NCBI GenBank assembly: GCA_016204045.1
Contig: JACQLQ010000004.1
Span: 164,927 to 228,926 of the forward strand
Length of the DNA stretch: 64,000 bases
Source of the DNA: Parcubacteria group bacterium
Lineage (GTDB): Bacteria > Patescibacteriota > Minisyncoccia > Phycocordibacterales > UBA2135
Reading direction: 5' to 3'
The position numbers and the translations under genes were made by a program. This document shows, piece after piece, positions 46,001 to 55,242 of this stretch (its first letter is position 1; the number at the start of each line of letters is the position of its first letter). The notes under the pieces were generated by a model that saw nothing but the letters and a program-made list of their open reading frames with translations, was not told where the DNA came from and did not search any database.

Positions 46001-49000
46001 ATTGTTAAGCGCGTCTATGACGGTCGTCGTCCAGTCATCATACGCCCTGGTCGTCGAACCGACGGCGTTTAATTCGTTAGTACTACGCTTAAGCGCATCG
46101 TAGGTGTAGGTCGTGTAGAACGTCGAGTCGCTGGTGGAGGCGGCACGTGAGGAACCAATGCCAAAGTAGGGAAGCGATTCGCGCTTCAAGAGGCCTACGA
46201 GGTTGTATTCAAAATCGCGGACAGCGTAGGTGTTTCCATCTTCCGCTTCTTTACGCGTCTGCAGCTTGCGGTCGAAGCCATCGAGATAGGTATACAGTTC
46301 TGTCGAGGTGGCGGAGTTTAGATAGTTGGTTTCGAGTGTCTTCCTTGAACCTACGGTGTCGGTATAGGCAATGGTCTTTTTGTTAACCAAACTCGAAGGA
46401 GATGCGACATCTGGGATCTTTTCTACTGTCACACGGTCAAGGCCGTCAAAAGTCGTTTCAAATGATCGTCCGTTCGGGTCAACAAACTTCTGCACTTTCC
46501 CGGACGAATAGTCGAGGTAGCGCTCGGTAATGTGGCCATCGGGGTTCGTGGTGGTGGCAACATGAATGTTTTTCGCTTCATACACAAATGTTGTCGCCTT
46601 ATCACGAGGATCCTTCTCTTCTGTGACGAGACCATAGGTGTTGAAGGTCTTTTCAAAATCAATGTAGGTCGAGCCCGTTTCCCATTCTTCGCGCTTGGTC
46701 TGGTTACCTTTTTGAACGCTCCCCAACCCTAGTGAATCGTAGTAAAAAAGTTTTTGACTTAGCGTTGTCGAGGCATAGTTAGTGAGCATTTCTTCATACG
46801 GGAGCCCGGTAATATCGGTTGACGTGGCATACGCGTATGAGAAGACACTCTTGTCAGTGCCCGAATCCGTAAACGTGCCCGCGTCCGCGCCCACAACCTC
46901 CCCCCAGAGCGATTTTTGCGAGAGGTTGCGAGAGGTATTGTTGTAGACGTACGTTTCCGCCATGTCTTTGTGGTCGGAGTCACCGTCGTAGTCAAACGTG
47001 ATTGACTGGATCAGTTTGACGAAATTCCTGCCTTGCCCCTCTTCATACCGGTCCCATTTGTTGATGGTCTTCTTCATCAAGGCGCCCGCGCTGTTTTTCA
47101 CTTCAATGCGATACGGTTTGCCCGCTTTTGCGATATGATCGTCGTACTCACCGAGCACGGAGTTTGTGGTCGTGCCTTGGTGGAAGTAGGTGATTGTTTT
47201 TGTACCCGCTCCGTCTGTGGAAGTCGCAATATGGAATCCCGCGAACTGCCTGTCGTCCGCGCCGCTGAAATAGTAAAAGGCGCCGGCGTATTCACGCGTT
47301 TCAGTTGTCGGTGTGCCAAAGCCATCGTTCCTTGTAATTGTTTGCACCGTCTGGATGGGCGCGGGCATTTCCGTATTCAAGACATGTCCCCCACCGTCTT
47401 TGTACTCAACCGACGATTTGTATGTAAAGGAAATGGTGCCCCCTTGCGCAGTCGTAACTTGCGTGAGAATGTCATTGCGATTGCCGTCATTGATGTAGGT
47501 CTCGACACGAATTTCTCCGCTCGGATCGGCATAATAGTATGTACCGACAAAATCGGTAAGCCCGTCGCCGTTTGCATCCGTAGCTCGCCAACCGCCGTCT
47601 CGGTTGATACTATTGTAGTAGTGAGTGAAGTAAATATCGGGCAACGCGGAAGAGAGCGCAGAATCATAGATCCAGTTAGGTGAGGAGGTGCTCACATTTT
47701 TGTATACTTCATACACACTGCTTCCTCCGAGTGTTTTGTGCCCTTTAATAATATCCGGCAACCCGTCGTTATTTACGTCGGTAACACGAACACCAAGGTC
47801 TGTGCTGCCATTTTCATAAAAATACACAGGTATTGTCGAGGAAGAAACTTCTGTAAAACCAGTTCCATTATTAACATACGCTTTTTTTACATTTTCAGAA
47901 GGACTGTCATCGTACGCAGCGACAATGCGGTCAATGAGCCCATCGCTATTCAAGTCTACGAGCGTTTGGCCTCCGGGGTCTTGGGATTGAGTGCCGATTC
48001 CACCGTAGAGGTTAGCGTCAGCATCCCAGCCCGTGGTGGTGGCACTAAAAAGATATACGCCACCACTCAAGATAAAATCTTCTTGTCCATCGGTATTTGC
48101 ATCCAACAAAAACGCATCGGAGTACCCGCTTCCAGTACTATAGAAGTACCCCGGCGCATTCCAAATGTTGTGATCTTCAAAGCCGAGACCTTTGTTGTAT
48201 AAATTGAGATAAAAGTTTTCCGTCGTGGATGCCTCGCCGGAGTTATATCTCACTTTTGCGAGATCAGTGATGCCATCACCGTTAAAATCCCCCATGCGGG
48301 CTCCTGTGTCATCAAGGCCTGCATTTGGTATCGCGAAACATTCGGGAATGTTGTGGCCCGAGTTCGCCCACCCTGCTCCGATATTAAAATACGTCGCTTG
48401 TTGGTCACACGCTCCCGTTGTAGGACCGTGAGATTTAACGATATCGATAAGCCCATCACCATTCATCTCCGCAAAACGAACACCTACATCGCCTCCGTTA
48501 ACTGTACGTATGAAATCAGTCGGCGCATCCCACGCCGCGTCAATTGTCCATGTTGGGCTCGTTGACTCATAGGTAAACGATATGGCGGGAAGTACCACAG
48601 TATTTCCGTCTTTGTCTTTTCCTGTTTCGGTAATGGAGCTTAAAAGGGAGCGGCTACCATTTACTCCCGTCGTATACGCAAGGTCGTATTTCCGCACCCA
48701 CACACCGTCAATTTTGACGAGTATTTGATTGATACGATACCGAGACTCTACAGAAAAGGCGGCGTTGTACGAAGCAAGGTAATCTAGGCGCGACTCTGTG
48801 CCAAATGAGATTTCAAAATCGCCTGCCGTTGTACCATTTCCGGTATAGGTAATGGTTGCGGGGTAAATCTGTCCGTTGTCTTTCGTATAGGTATAGGTAA
48901 TGTAGTTGTTGTTTTTGTCGCGGACCTCCTGCAGCATCCATTTGAAAATTTTCGTGCTGTCAGCTGGGTTGCTTTGGCGAGCGGCGGTCGTCGAGCCAAA

Positions 49001-49513
49001 GGTATATATGGTGCCAAATGCATCTACCGCTTGCCATGCGTCATCGGTGTCAAAAAATGTGTAGTCATAACTGCGTTCATTGGAAAAACGTGGTCCATAA
49101 TCTTCCGTTACCGTTGTTGAGGCGACAAAAGCCAGTTCACCGTCAAAGGACGACGTGAAATGGCGAGCTGTGTAGAGATTCTCTGTTCCCGTCTTATTTA
49201 CCCGCTCAATGGAAGGAATGGGGATGTCCCAGCCATAACCCACAATGTTCGTGTTGTTATTTCTCTGGTTGTTGTACTCTAGGGCAACTTCAGGTTGCAG
49301 ACCATTTCTTCCTGGTGGAATAGAGAGCGGAATCGTGTGAATCAAGGCGCCCGATGACTCACTTGCGCTAACGCTTGGGCGAAGGACGTTATCGGCCGTA
49401 ACGAAAAACTTTGCGTTAAAATCCGCATCGGCAAAGACGGAGAGTGGTGTGCTCACTAAGAGAAAAAACAGGGCAATACCACTAAGGATTGTTTTTGAGT
49501 ATGGGGATGTCAT
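43016..49513 (-). CDS. secreted RHS-family polymorphic toxin (SpvB-N, FG-GAP propeller, YD/RHS shell, RHS core, variable C-terminal toxin), TcB-TcC-fusion / WapA-like
   Basis: Signal peptide; SpvB motif PLSIPPGRNGLQPEVALEYNN...GYGWDIPIPSIER; DxNxDGxxD FG-GAP repeats; many YD repeats; RYYQNSRGQFMSQDP...NPQLLNSYSYSGNNPITMSDPSGE core; unique approx. 130-aa CT. Confidence 0.9.
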   Translation of the reverse strand: MTSPYSKTILSGIALFFLLVSTPLSVFADADFNAKFFVTADNVLRPSVSASESSGALIHTIPLSIPPGRNGLQPEVALEYNNQRNNNTNIVGYGWDIPIPSIERVNKTGTENLYTARHFTSSFDGELAFVASTTVTEDYGPRFSNERSYDYTFFDTDDAWQAVDAFGTIYTFGSTTAARQSNPADSTKIFKWMLQEVRDKNNNYITYTYTKDNGQIYPATITYTGNGTTAGDFEISFGTESRLDYLASYNAAFSVESRYRINQILVKIDGVWVRKYDLAYTTGVNGSRSLLSSITETGKDKDGNTVVLPAISFTYESTSPTWTIDAAWDAPTDFIRTVNGGDVGVRFAEMNGDGLIDIVKSHGPTTGACDQQATYFNIGAGWANSGHNIPECFAIPNAGLDDTGARMGDFNGDGITDLAKVRYNSGEASTTENFYLNLYNKGLGFEDHNIWNAPGYFYSTGSGYSDAFLLDANTDGQEDFILSGGVYLFSATTTGWDADANLYGGIGTQSQDPGGQTLVDLNSDGLIDRIVAAYDDSPSENVKKAYVNNGTGFTEVSSSTIPVYFYENGSTDLGVRVTDVNNDGLPDIIKGHKTLGGSSVYEVYKNVSTSSPNWIYDSALSSALPDIYFTHYYNSINRDGGWRATDANGDGLTDFVGTYYYADPSGEIRVETYINDGNRNDILTQVTTAQGGTISFTYKSSVEYKDGGGHVLNTEMPAPIQTVQTITRNDGFGTPTTETREYAGAFYYFSGADDRQFAGFHIATSTDGAGTKTITYFHQGTTTNSVLGEYDDHIAKAGKPYRIEVKNSAGALMKKTINKWDRYEEGQGRNFVKLIQSITFDYDGDSDHKDMAETYVYNNTSRNLSQKSLWGEVVGADAGTFTDSGTDKSVFSYAYATSTDITGLPYEEMLTNYASTTLSQKLFYYDSLGLGSVQKGNQTKREEWETGSTYIDFEKTFNTYGLVTEEKDPRDKATTFVYEAKNIHVATTTNPDGHITERYLDYSSGKVQKFVDPNGRSFETTFDGLDRVTVEKIPDVASPSSLVNKKTIAYTDTVGSRKTLETNYLNSATSTELYTYLDGFDRKLQTRKEAEDGNTYAVRDFEYNLVGLLKRESLPYFGIGSSRAASTSDSTFYTTYTYDALKRSTNELNAVGSTTRAYDDWTTTVIDALNNTKQFTNDAFGNLKTVIEHDDGSQYTTTYEYNARNDLTKITDSLGNLRNFTYDNLSRLTKSEDLHDAADTGFASTTLLYDAAGNVTTKIDGKNQTVNFTYDDINRVLTENYTLEAGTEVAFAYDTCPEGIGRLCSATTTAAAANFVYDALGNIASEEKTINSTRYLTSFAYDRQGNMTSIVYPDAATASYRFNAAGLLESVDLLPTSTSTLSRFVLHNANYNPGESVTARHFGNGDTSLYDYDEHALYRLSTITTLVGTTTPFSGKNPVLTMGSTNVQQDGADLVGNLINLMGTATTSTVTVGFRYGLLLDNDDPWTATTTTMAATSTGPFSISLLGLQDFKDYSFQAFMSTSSTAVYYGDRYRFYTGDLTMSMPTYKGDQRAWPLRTYDADGTHASTTVGGPSLATTTPAKYLKLYNFGSTSTPQYQAGYWISDPWDLSPITNVEDSFIEYCVCARNGADVKVKTLITSSTTTPAASDFTTAIATSTTSIPGVTAGSNLYGKFLWLKVELTPSYSATGTPCLCRINVAINNVGTTTAAHNALQALTYTYDTAGNITQVKDLSGFGGGKVVNYTYDDLYRLLTASTTVPVDGGYRQTFTYDRIGNIATTSRLGDYTYAETNYANPHAATSIGGVSVTYDNNGNVIFFGSDIYGWNYRDRMASSTVGGITTFYGYDFQNDRVTKGNGTATTTYVGSYYTVASATTTKHIFDTSGTLLATVEGNGTATSTNFSHADHLNSTTITTDEDGDVTQALDYYPYGSERVSTGSNATDRHYIGERFDTETSLNYLNARYYQNSRGQFMSQDPVARDVAMMKPMLEYILTVNKKPGEINREAVLSNPQLLNSYSYSGNNPITMSDPSGEVVAQIAQRVLQFLLSPATREAARKIISGTSNLLTVKDVVEGYKSDFDDNSKGVLGLDAAVEFAKTQVNKYQRTLFDVGQILISVFEGQVQIPQQAPMTDPTKQTYTTPSGAVVDWHGNIITAPSSDNNEDNEEE

Positions 49514-49516
49514 GTC

Positions 49517-51295
49517 CTAGTCAGTACACAGCGCCGTGGAGGTTGTATTGAATTGCTTCTCAGTGCTTGTCGCTATGCCACCAGTGCCATTCACCGATGT
49601 GACGGTGTAGTAATATACTGCGTTGTGGAGAAGTCCTGATAGGTAGAGTGAGTGACTCGTGGTATTCGCGCTTGTACTTGCCACTTCGGTAAAATTGGTT
49701 GCTGAAATCGGGGAAATGAGGCTGTACCACACCTTGCTGTTTGAGTTTACAGAGGTCGTCCATTTGATGTCTGTCCAGCCAGAACCAGTGTTTGCGGCAT
49801 GGATATTCATAAAATCAAAGGCAGTGGTTGTGAATGAGGATTCCGTAGAAGTGCCTGTTGCGCCGCTACTTTGCGTTGAAGAAGCAAAAAAGTAATACGT
49901 GGTGCCCGGAGAGAGGCTGGACAAGTTAATTGTATGGCTCGTCGTTGCGGTGCCATCGTAGACACTCGAATCAGCAACCGTAACACCAGCCGTGGTGTCA
50001 TAATGCACTCCGCTAGTAGAGGAGAGATCAGTCGTCCAGGTAATTTGTGCCGTACTTGCGGTAATGTTCGACGATTGAAGACCGGAAAGCACCGGAGCGG
50101 CCGCTGAATGTTCTACGACTAGTTTCGGATCATTTGTCGTTCCCGTTTGGTCTGCGTGGTAGGAAGTAATATTATTAAATCCTGTTGGTGCAGAGTTATT
50201 AACATCAATGGAAGTCCTTACCCCAAACTTTATAATTCCGCTACCGGTTGCCGCACTCTCAATCGCGGAAATCCCGGTACCATTTATCGTTATATCATTT
50301 GCTGTACCGCCCGTGGTTACCCAGCTCGAGTGCGCCATTGAACCATACTGGGTTGTACCAAACTGATCAAAATCTGCCGTGCCAAGTGCTGTGTCGCTCG
50401 CTGGTGTAGATGCAACAACAACCATATTCACTGTATCCGCGTTATTTATACCGTCTCCATTCCCATAGAATGTAAGTGTTGCGGAGGTAACATCGTCGGA
50501 TCCTATGGCATCTCCATCGTCAAAAAGAAAGGCGCCACGCTTTATATAATATGTGGCCCCTGAAAGCGAGGTCACTTCTATGTTGTTACTTGTCGTGCTG
50601 TCGGTCACTTCATCTCCGGTACTTGCATCGCGTACGGTCGAAAACGTTGACCCAGAATTCCCTACATATCCGTCAACTGTGGTCGATTCGGGATGAGGAT
50701 CTGGTCGTATGGTCGTGGTGGTATTCCCAATTTTCCCTTTGATAATGTACCCTGATGCATATTTTTCTTTCTTTACTGAAAGGGTGTGGGCCAAATCTTG
50801 GAGGAGCGCTTCCTTTGGGTCCTCGCGAAGTTTGCGGGTCTTAGTCGTAATTTCTTTGGTAACTAGATCCTCTTCTTGCCACTCTCTCACAATAGGCCCG
50901 TTGGGGTCATCAACAAGGACTGGGGGGTTAATCATGACAAACCGCTCAATCTCTACTGTGCCGTCTTTACCAAAGCCGATTTGATTGCCATTTTTGTCCC
51001 ATGCTTTTGCAAAGACCTCGACACCACCTTTCCGCGCTTTCATATCTACAACCTCAATCGCATAATCCCCCCGTTCTGTTCTTGGAATTGTTTTAATTTT
51101 TGCAATCTGCTCCCCCTTCACTGTGCCACGATCTTGGGGAAGCGTGAATCCGAGAGCTTCCTCCAGAGTGTTGTAGTAGGCACCATTGACCATGACCGCG
51201 GTTTCGGCAAGTGCTTGCATGTGTACGACAACCCCAAGCACGAGCGTGAAGGAGAAAATCCCGAAAATCCCTAATAGTTTTGAGCGTATGCTCAT
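49517..51295 (-). CDS. secreted surface protein with C-terminal fibronectin-III-like repeats
   Basis: Signal peptide; Thr/Ser-rich; two ITWTT...TTYYF / IKWTT...AVYYYTV Fn3-like units; stop 4 nt before the RHS start. Confidence 0.55.
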   Translation of the reverse strand: MSIRSKLLGIFGIFSFTLVLGVVVHMQALAETAVMVNGAYYNTLEEALGFTLPQDRGTVKGEQIAKIKTIPRTERGDYAIEVVDMKARKGGVEVFAKAWDKNGNQIGFGKDGTVEIERFVMINPPVLVDDPNGPIVREWQEEDLVTKEITTKTRKLREDPKEALLQDLAHTLSVKKEKYASGYIIKGKIGNTTTTIRPDPHPESTTVDGYVGNSGSTFSTVRDASTGDEVTDSTTSNNIEVTSLSGATYYIKRGAFLFDDGDAIGSDDVTSATLTFYGNGDGINNADTVNMVVVASTPASDTALGTADFDQFGTTQYGSMAHSSWVTTGGTANDITINGTGISAIESAATGSGIIKFGVRTSIDVNNSAPTGFNNITSYHADQTGTTNDPKLVVEHSAAAPVLSGLQSSNITASTAQITWTTDLSSTSGVHYDTTAGVTVADSSVYDGTATTSHTINLSSLSPGTTYYFFASSTQSSGATGTSTESSFTTTAFDFMNIHAANTGSGWTDIKWTTSVNSNSKVWYSLISPISATNFTEVASTSANTTSHSLYLSGLLHNAVYYYTVTSVNGTGGIATSTEKQFNTTSTALCTD

Positions 51296-51408
51296 AGAAA
51301 AAATATGCTAGTTAAAGACAGTAAAAATTACTTTCATTGTATCTGTTGAAAGAACACCGGGACAGATGTTGATAAGCAATCAACGACAGAACGGAGTTTG
51401 AGTCAACA

Positions 51409-51437
51409 AAAGAGGCGCCTCTGGGGCGCCTCTTTTT
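51409..51437 (-). terminator. rho-independent terminator (bidirectional hairpin)
   Basis: aagaggcgcc-tctgg-ggcgcctctt hairpin with T-runs on both strands, 5 nt after the stop of 51441-51665. Confidence 0.65.
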
Positions 51438-51440
51438 AAT

Positions 51441-51665
51441 TTATTGAGCTGCTTTTTTGAGTTCGTTTTGGTATTTAAACATGACCTGGAGCGTTGCTGA
51501 TTGCTGGTCCTGTCCTCCCTTCACCTTCTCTTGGATCTCTTTACCGATCTTTGCAAAAAGCTCGGGGTTATTCCCCACCACCGCAAGGATCTTTTCTTGC
51601 TGATCCGCTGGGAGGTTCTTTAACTTTGATTGGATAAGCTTTTTTAAGAAAAACTGTTTGAACAT
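51441..51665 (-). CDS. small hypothetical protein
   Basis: 74-aa ORF bracketed by terminators. Confidence 0.4.
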   Translation of the reverse strand: MFKQFFLKKLIQSKLKNLPADQQEKILAVVGNNPELFAKIGKEIQEKVKGGQDQQSATLQVMFKYQNELKKAAQ

Positions 51666-51703
51666 AAAAAGATTTTAGCACCCTAGTCCCTATTTTCCTA
51701 AAG

Positions 51704-51730
51704 AAAATACCCGCGAAGCGGGTATTTTCT
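51704..51730 (-). terminator. rho-independent terminator
   Basis: aaaatacccgc-gaa-gcgggtatttt hairpin plus a U-run. Confidence 0.65.
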
Positions 51731-51823
51731 CAGACATTCGTCTAGTCGAAGCTCACTGACACTCACCAAGGCAGTATAGCAAAGGCCCTTTTAAAAGTCA
51801 ACTCGGCTGTGGATAAAGGCCTT

Positions 51824-54046
51824 TTATCGGGGCTTTCTCCCCGCCTTAAGCTCGCTTATCCAATAGTCTGCCTGTGACTTGACCGCCGGGTCAACCGCAA
51901 TGGCCCTCTCAAGAGCATGAATTGCATCTGTGGCCCTACCGAGCTCCATATAGGCAGCGGCGAGGGATATAAGGTGCTGTGCGTTCAACGGCTCTTTCGC
52001 CGCTTGCGCCTCCCACAGCGCCACAACACGGTCAAACCGGCCTATCGTGACATATGCGTTTACGAGGAGTGGAGCATTAACAATAGGACGATGCTCTGTG
52101 TGGTACTTCTCGAGCAATGCCTCTGCTTCGGCGACGCGGCGAGCGTAGATGAGTGCCGCGGCATACGTCTCGAGTGCTGTCATGTTTTCTGGGGCGACTT
52201 CCCACGCTACTTTCGCAACAGCTACCGCTTTCTCATAATCGCCGGTGTTCGCATATATTCCGAGGAGGACGTAGAGCAAGTGTTGTTTCTTCGGGGAAAT
52301 CGCACGCGCCTCTTCCAAAACAGTCGCCGCCTCCGCATATCTACCAAATCGAGCATAGAGCGACCCCAAGAACATTTGATACCGCGTGTTCCCAGGTGCT
52401 TCTTCTATTTGCTTTTTCATTTCCTCTTCCGCAAGGGTTACAATACTTTCGCGTATTTGGGGAGCGTTGATCTGAAAACCTATTTGGCTTGCAAACTGTA
52501 CGAGTTGTTCGCGTGCCTCGGCGCGCCCCAAGTAGCCGCCGCGAACCGCGTTTTCGAGTTGTGTAATCATTTCTTGCAGTGCCACCATTTGTGCTTCAGG
52601 TGTCTTTGCCGCCGCAAGCGGGCGTGTATCAATGCCGTCGATAATTGCGCGGGCTGTTCTGATGCCTGTGTGTACTCCATAGAGGGAGAGCAGGAGACCT
52701 ACGATGACCCCAACGGGAACGAGATGCTCTAGTACCCCCCTCCCCACTGGTCGCGCCCCCACTGAATCGCTGGGGGTGCCTTCGACTGCTGCTCGATGAA
52801 TAAATGCGAGCACGCCAAAAAACAGGAGGTAGCTGGTGATGTTATCAAACACGAAAAGATTCTGGAAAAAATACGCCGCAAAAAGCCCGGTGAAAATGCT
52901 TTTTTGAGCAAGGGTCAACTTCTCTCTCCTGTAGAACCAGAGACAGTAGAGCGCCGCCGCAAACATGGAAAGGTACGCGAAGAGACCCAAGAAACCACCG
53001 GCGACAAGCCAGTCCATAAAGACGTTGTGCGCCCGGTCGAACCACGCCTCTTCTCCATACAACCTCGCATCGTAATACTTGCTGAAAGGAAGAATAAAGT
53101 TGTCCTGCCCCCACCCCAAGACGGGGTGTTCTTTGACCCCCTCCCACGCAACACCCCAAATCTTGAAGCGTGCTGATCCTGCCTCAAGAGTAATATTGCT
53201 GAACCGAGACAGCACCGGGTGTGTCGCTATGAACTCCGTATTGCGCAAAAGGAAGAACCCGCCGATAAAGAGGACAATTCCCAAGAGCACCCCTGTAGTG
53301 ATTTTGCGGAATTTCGGATGTTCGCGGTCCAAGAGCGCCAACAAAAGAGCGACTACAAGTACCCCACCCATAAAGCCGAGAAGGGCCCCTCGTGTTGCGG
53401 TGTTGAAGAGCATGAAGAAGTTCAGCGCAATGACAGCGCCGTACATGACCCCGAGCCACACTCGCCCCCGTTGTTCTGTGAGCAAGATGAGCGCGATAAA
53501 AATGTGGAACAAGGCATACGCCGCCAAATATGTGGCGTTGCCGAATGTCGCGTCAATACGGACACCTCCTTGGTTAATGACAATATACCCAGCAAGCTGG
53601 AACATGGTATAGACGCTCAAAATCGCGGAAACACCGAGAGAGGTGTTCGCAAACCACCACCACAGTTTCCTTGTGGCGAGCACGGAACCGGCGACGAGGA
53701 AGTAGGCAAAGAGGTGGAGTGTGGTCACAAACCCTTCCATGCGTTCAAAGTTAGACCAAAAGCTGCGAAGTGGATCTTCGCTAAATATTGTTGCGAGTCC
53801 CATCACACCGACAAAGGCACCCGTCGCTCCGAGAACCCATGACCATTGGGGTCGGTACGCGGAGTCTCTCCATGCAAGAACAATCCACGCGGCGAAAATG
53901 ATCTCGACGATAATTCGAAACGCAAAGTTCTTCCCCGTGATAAACGGAAAGAACATATCCTTCGCGATGATGAGCGGGATGAGCGGCAAGAGAAAGATGC
54001 CAGCAAGTACGACGTACCGAAGCCACTTATTTATTTGCATTTCCAC
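51824..54046 (-). CDS. O-antigen ligase (Wzy_C)-like polytopic membrane protein with C-terminal TPR repeats
   Basis: At least 10 TM helices with a TATRGALLG loop motif; C-terminal third made of TPR-like Ala/Leu-rich repeats. Confidence 0.65.
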   Translation of the reverse strand: MEMQINKWLRYVVLAGIFLLPLIPLIIAKDMFFPFITGKNFAFRIIVEIIFAAWIVLAWRDSAYRPQWSWVLGATGAFVGVMGLATIFSEDPLRSFWSNFERMEGFVTTLHLFAYFLVAGSVLATRKLWWWFANTSLGVSAILSVYTMFQLAGYIVINQGGVRIDATFGNATYLAAYALFHIFIALILLTEQRGRVWLGVMYGAVIALNFFMLFNTATRGALLGFMGGVLVVALLLALLDREHPKFRKITTGVLLGIVLFIGGFFLLRNTEFIATHPVLSRFSNITLEAGSARFKIWGVAWEGVKEHPVLGWGQDNFILPFSKYYDARLYGEEAWFDRAHNVFMDWLVAGGFLGLFAYLSMFAAALYCLWFYRREKLTLAQKSIFTGLFAAYFFQNLFVFDNITSYLLFFGVLAFIHRAAVEGTPSDSVGARPVGRGVLEHLVPVGVIVGLLLSLYGVHTGIRTARAIIDGIDTRPLAAAKTPEAQMVALQEMITQLENAVRGGYLGRAEAREQLVQFASQIGFQINAPQIRESIVTLAEEEMKKQIEEAPGNTRYQMFLGSLYARFGRYAEAATVLEEARAISPKKQHLLYVLLGIYANTGDYEKAVAVAKVAWEVAPENMTALETYAAALIYARRVAEAEALLEKYHTEHRPIVNAPLLVNAYVTIGRFDRVVALWEAQAAKEPLNAQHLISLAAAYMELGRATDAIHALERAIAVDPAVKSQADYWISELKAGRKPR

Positions 54047-54132
54047 ACTATAGCAAAGAGGAGGTTTCGACGCACGCTATTGACATGACCTGATTTTTAA
54101 TGAACCATCTTCATAGACGTTGAGGAATAGTA

Positions 54133-55206
54133 ATGGAACAAAGAGAGCTTGTTCTCGTTGCGAGAGACGTAGCACCTTCAAAAGCACTTTTGAAACTTGG
54201 AGAGGCGGGGTGGCCGCTCGGAATTGTTCAACATCGGATATTGGGTAACGGCACCTCGATCGACACCGGCGTCGTGCACACAACCTTGAATGGGTTGCGC
54301 TACAAGGCATGCCTTGTGAGTGCGTTGTCGTCGCATCCGCACTTTGCTGAAACGGAGATTCGCGCGTGCGAAGAAGCATTGCGGCGAGGCATCCCCTACG
54401 GCTTTTATGCCGACACGTGGGGCATTGTCGCAGGAAGGCCGCACTTTACGGAAAAGATTAAGCATGGCGCGTCATTCTTGTTTGTCGTGAACGAAAAAGA
54501 GGCGCGGCGCGCACGAGAATATTTTCCCAACGCAAAAATAGTCGCGTCGGGAAATCCGATGCAGGAAGATTGGTTCTTCCCCAAGAGAACATACATCGAC
54601 GTCCGTCTCCAAATGGGCGTTCTGCCGGAGCAGATCGCGATTCTCTGCCCGTCAGGAAAAGACTTGGCGGTGAACCTGATCCACTTCAGCGGAGCGATAG
54701 AAGCGGCAGGGAAATTGAACGCAAAGGCAATCGTATTCCTTGCAATCCACCCAGGTGACCCGCCAGAGCATCTGAAGCACTATGAATTCCTCGCTAAGTA
54801 CGCCGGATTAGTCTCGGGGACATCTATTCGTTTGGTTACGAAAGATGCCATTCCTTGTTCAGAGCTTTTGGTCGGGTGCGATGTGGTTGTCGCTTCAATG
54901 TCGACCATTGATTGCGAAGCCGCATGCCAAAGGAAACCCGTCATCGACTTTATGTCGCAGACGGCGCTCGGTGTCCACAGTGTTTTGGATGGCGGATGGG
55001 GCTGGGAACTAGCAACCGAGGGAGCGTCTTTTCCCATCTACGGTGATACCGGGAAACTAAGGACGGCAATCGAACTGCTGCTCAACAAAGAATCGAGCAT
55101 GCGCCGAGAGCAGATCCGTTTCCAAAAGCGCCTGTTCCCCACCCCCACCGAACGCGGGGTCGCAGTGCGCCTGATGCGAGAAACTGTTCTTGGATTCTTA
55201 AAGTAA
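54133..55206 (+). CDS. hypothetical protein, possibly a GT-B-like glycosyltransferase
   Basis: No clear motif; sits in the glycan locus; terminator downstream. Confidence 0.45.
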   Translation: MEQRELVLVARDVAPSKALLKLGEAGWPLGIVQHRILGNGTSIDTGVVHTTLNGLRYKACLVSALSSHPHFAETEIRACEEALRRGIPYGFYADTWGIVAGRPHFTEKIKHGASFLFVVNEKEARRAREYFPNAKIVASGNPMQEDWFFPKRTYIDVRLQMGVLPEQIAILCPSGKDLAVNLIHFSGAIEAAGKLNAKAIVFLAIHPGDPPEHLKHYEFLAKYAGLVSGTSIRLVTKDAIPCSELLVGCDVVVASMSTIDCEAACQRKPVIDFMSQTALGVHSVLDGGWGWELATEGASFPIYGDTGKLRTAIELLLNKESSMRREQIRFQKRLFPTPTERGVAVRLMRETVLGFLK

Positions 55207-55210
55207 CAAC

Positions 55211-55234
55211 AACCGCCATTTAGGCGGTTTTTTA
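55211..55234 (+). terminator. rho-independent terminator
   Basis: aaccgcc-attt-aggcggtt hairpin plus TTTTTT. Confidence 0.65.
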
Positions 55235-55242
55235 CTTGCTTC

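Noticed and set aside
51917-53842. Several 100-270-aa plus-strand ORFs inside the O-antigen-ligase/TPR gene
   Set aside because: They are antisense to a long hydrophobic ORF with clear TM periodicity. Their products are Arg/Cys-rich and low-complexity.
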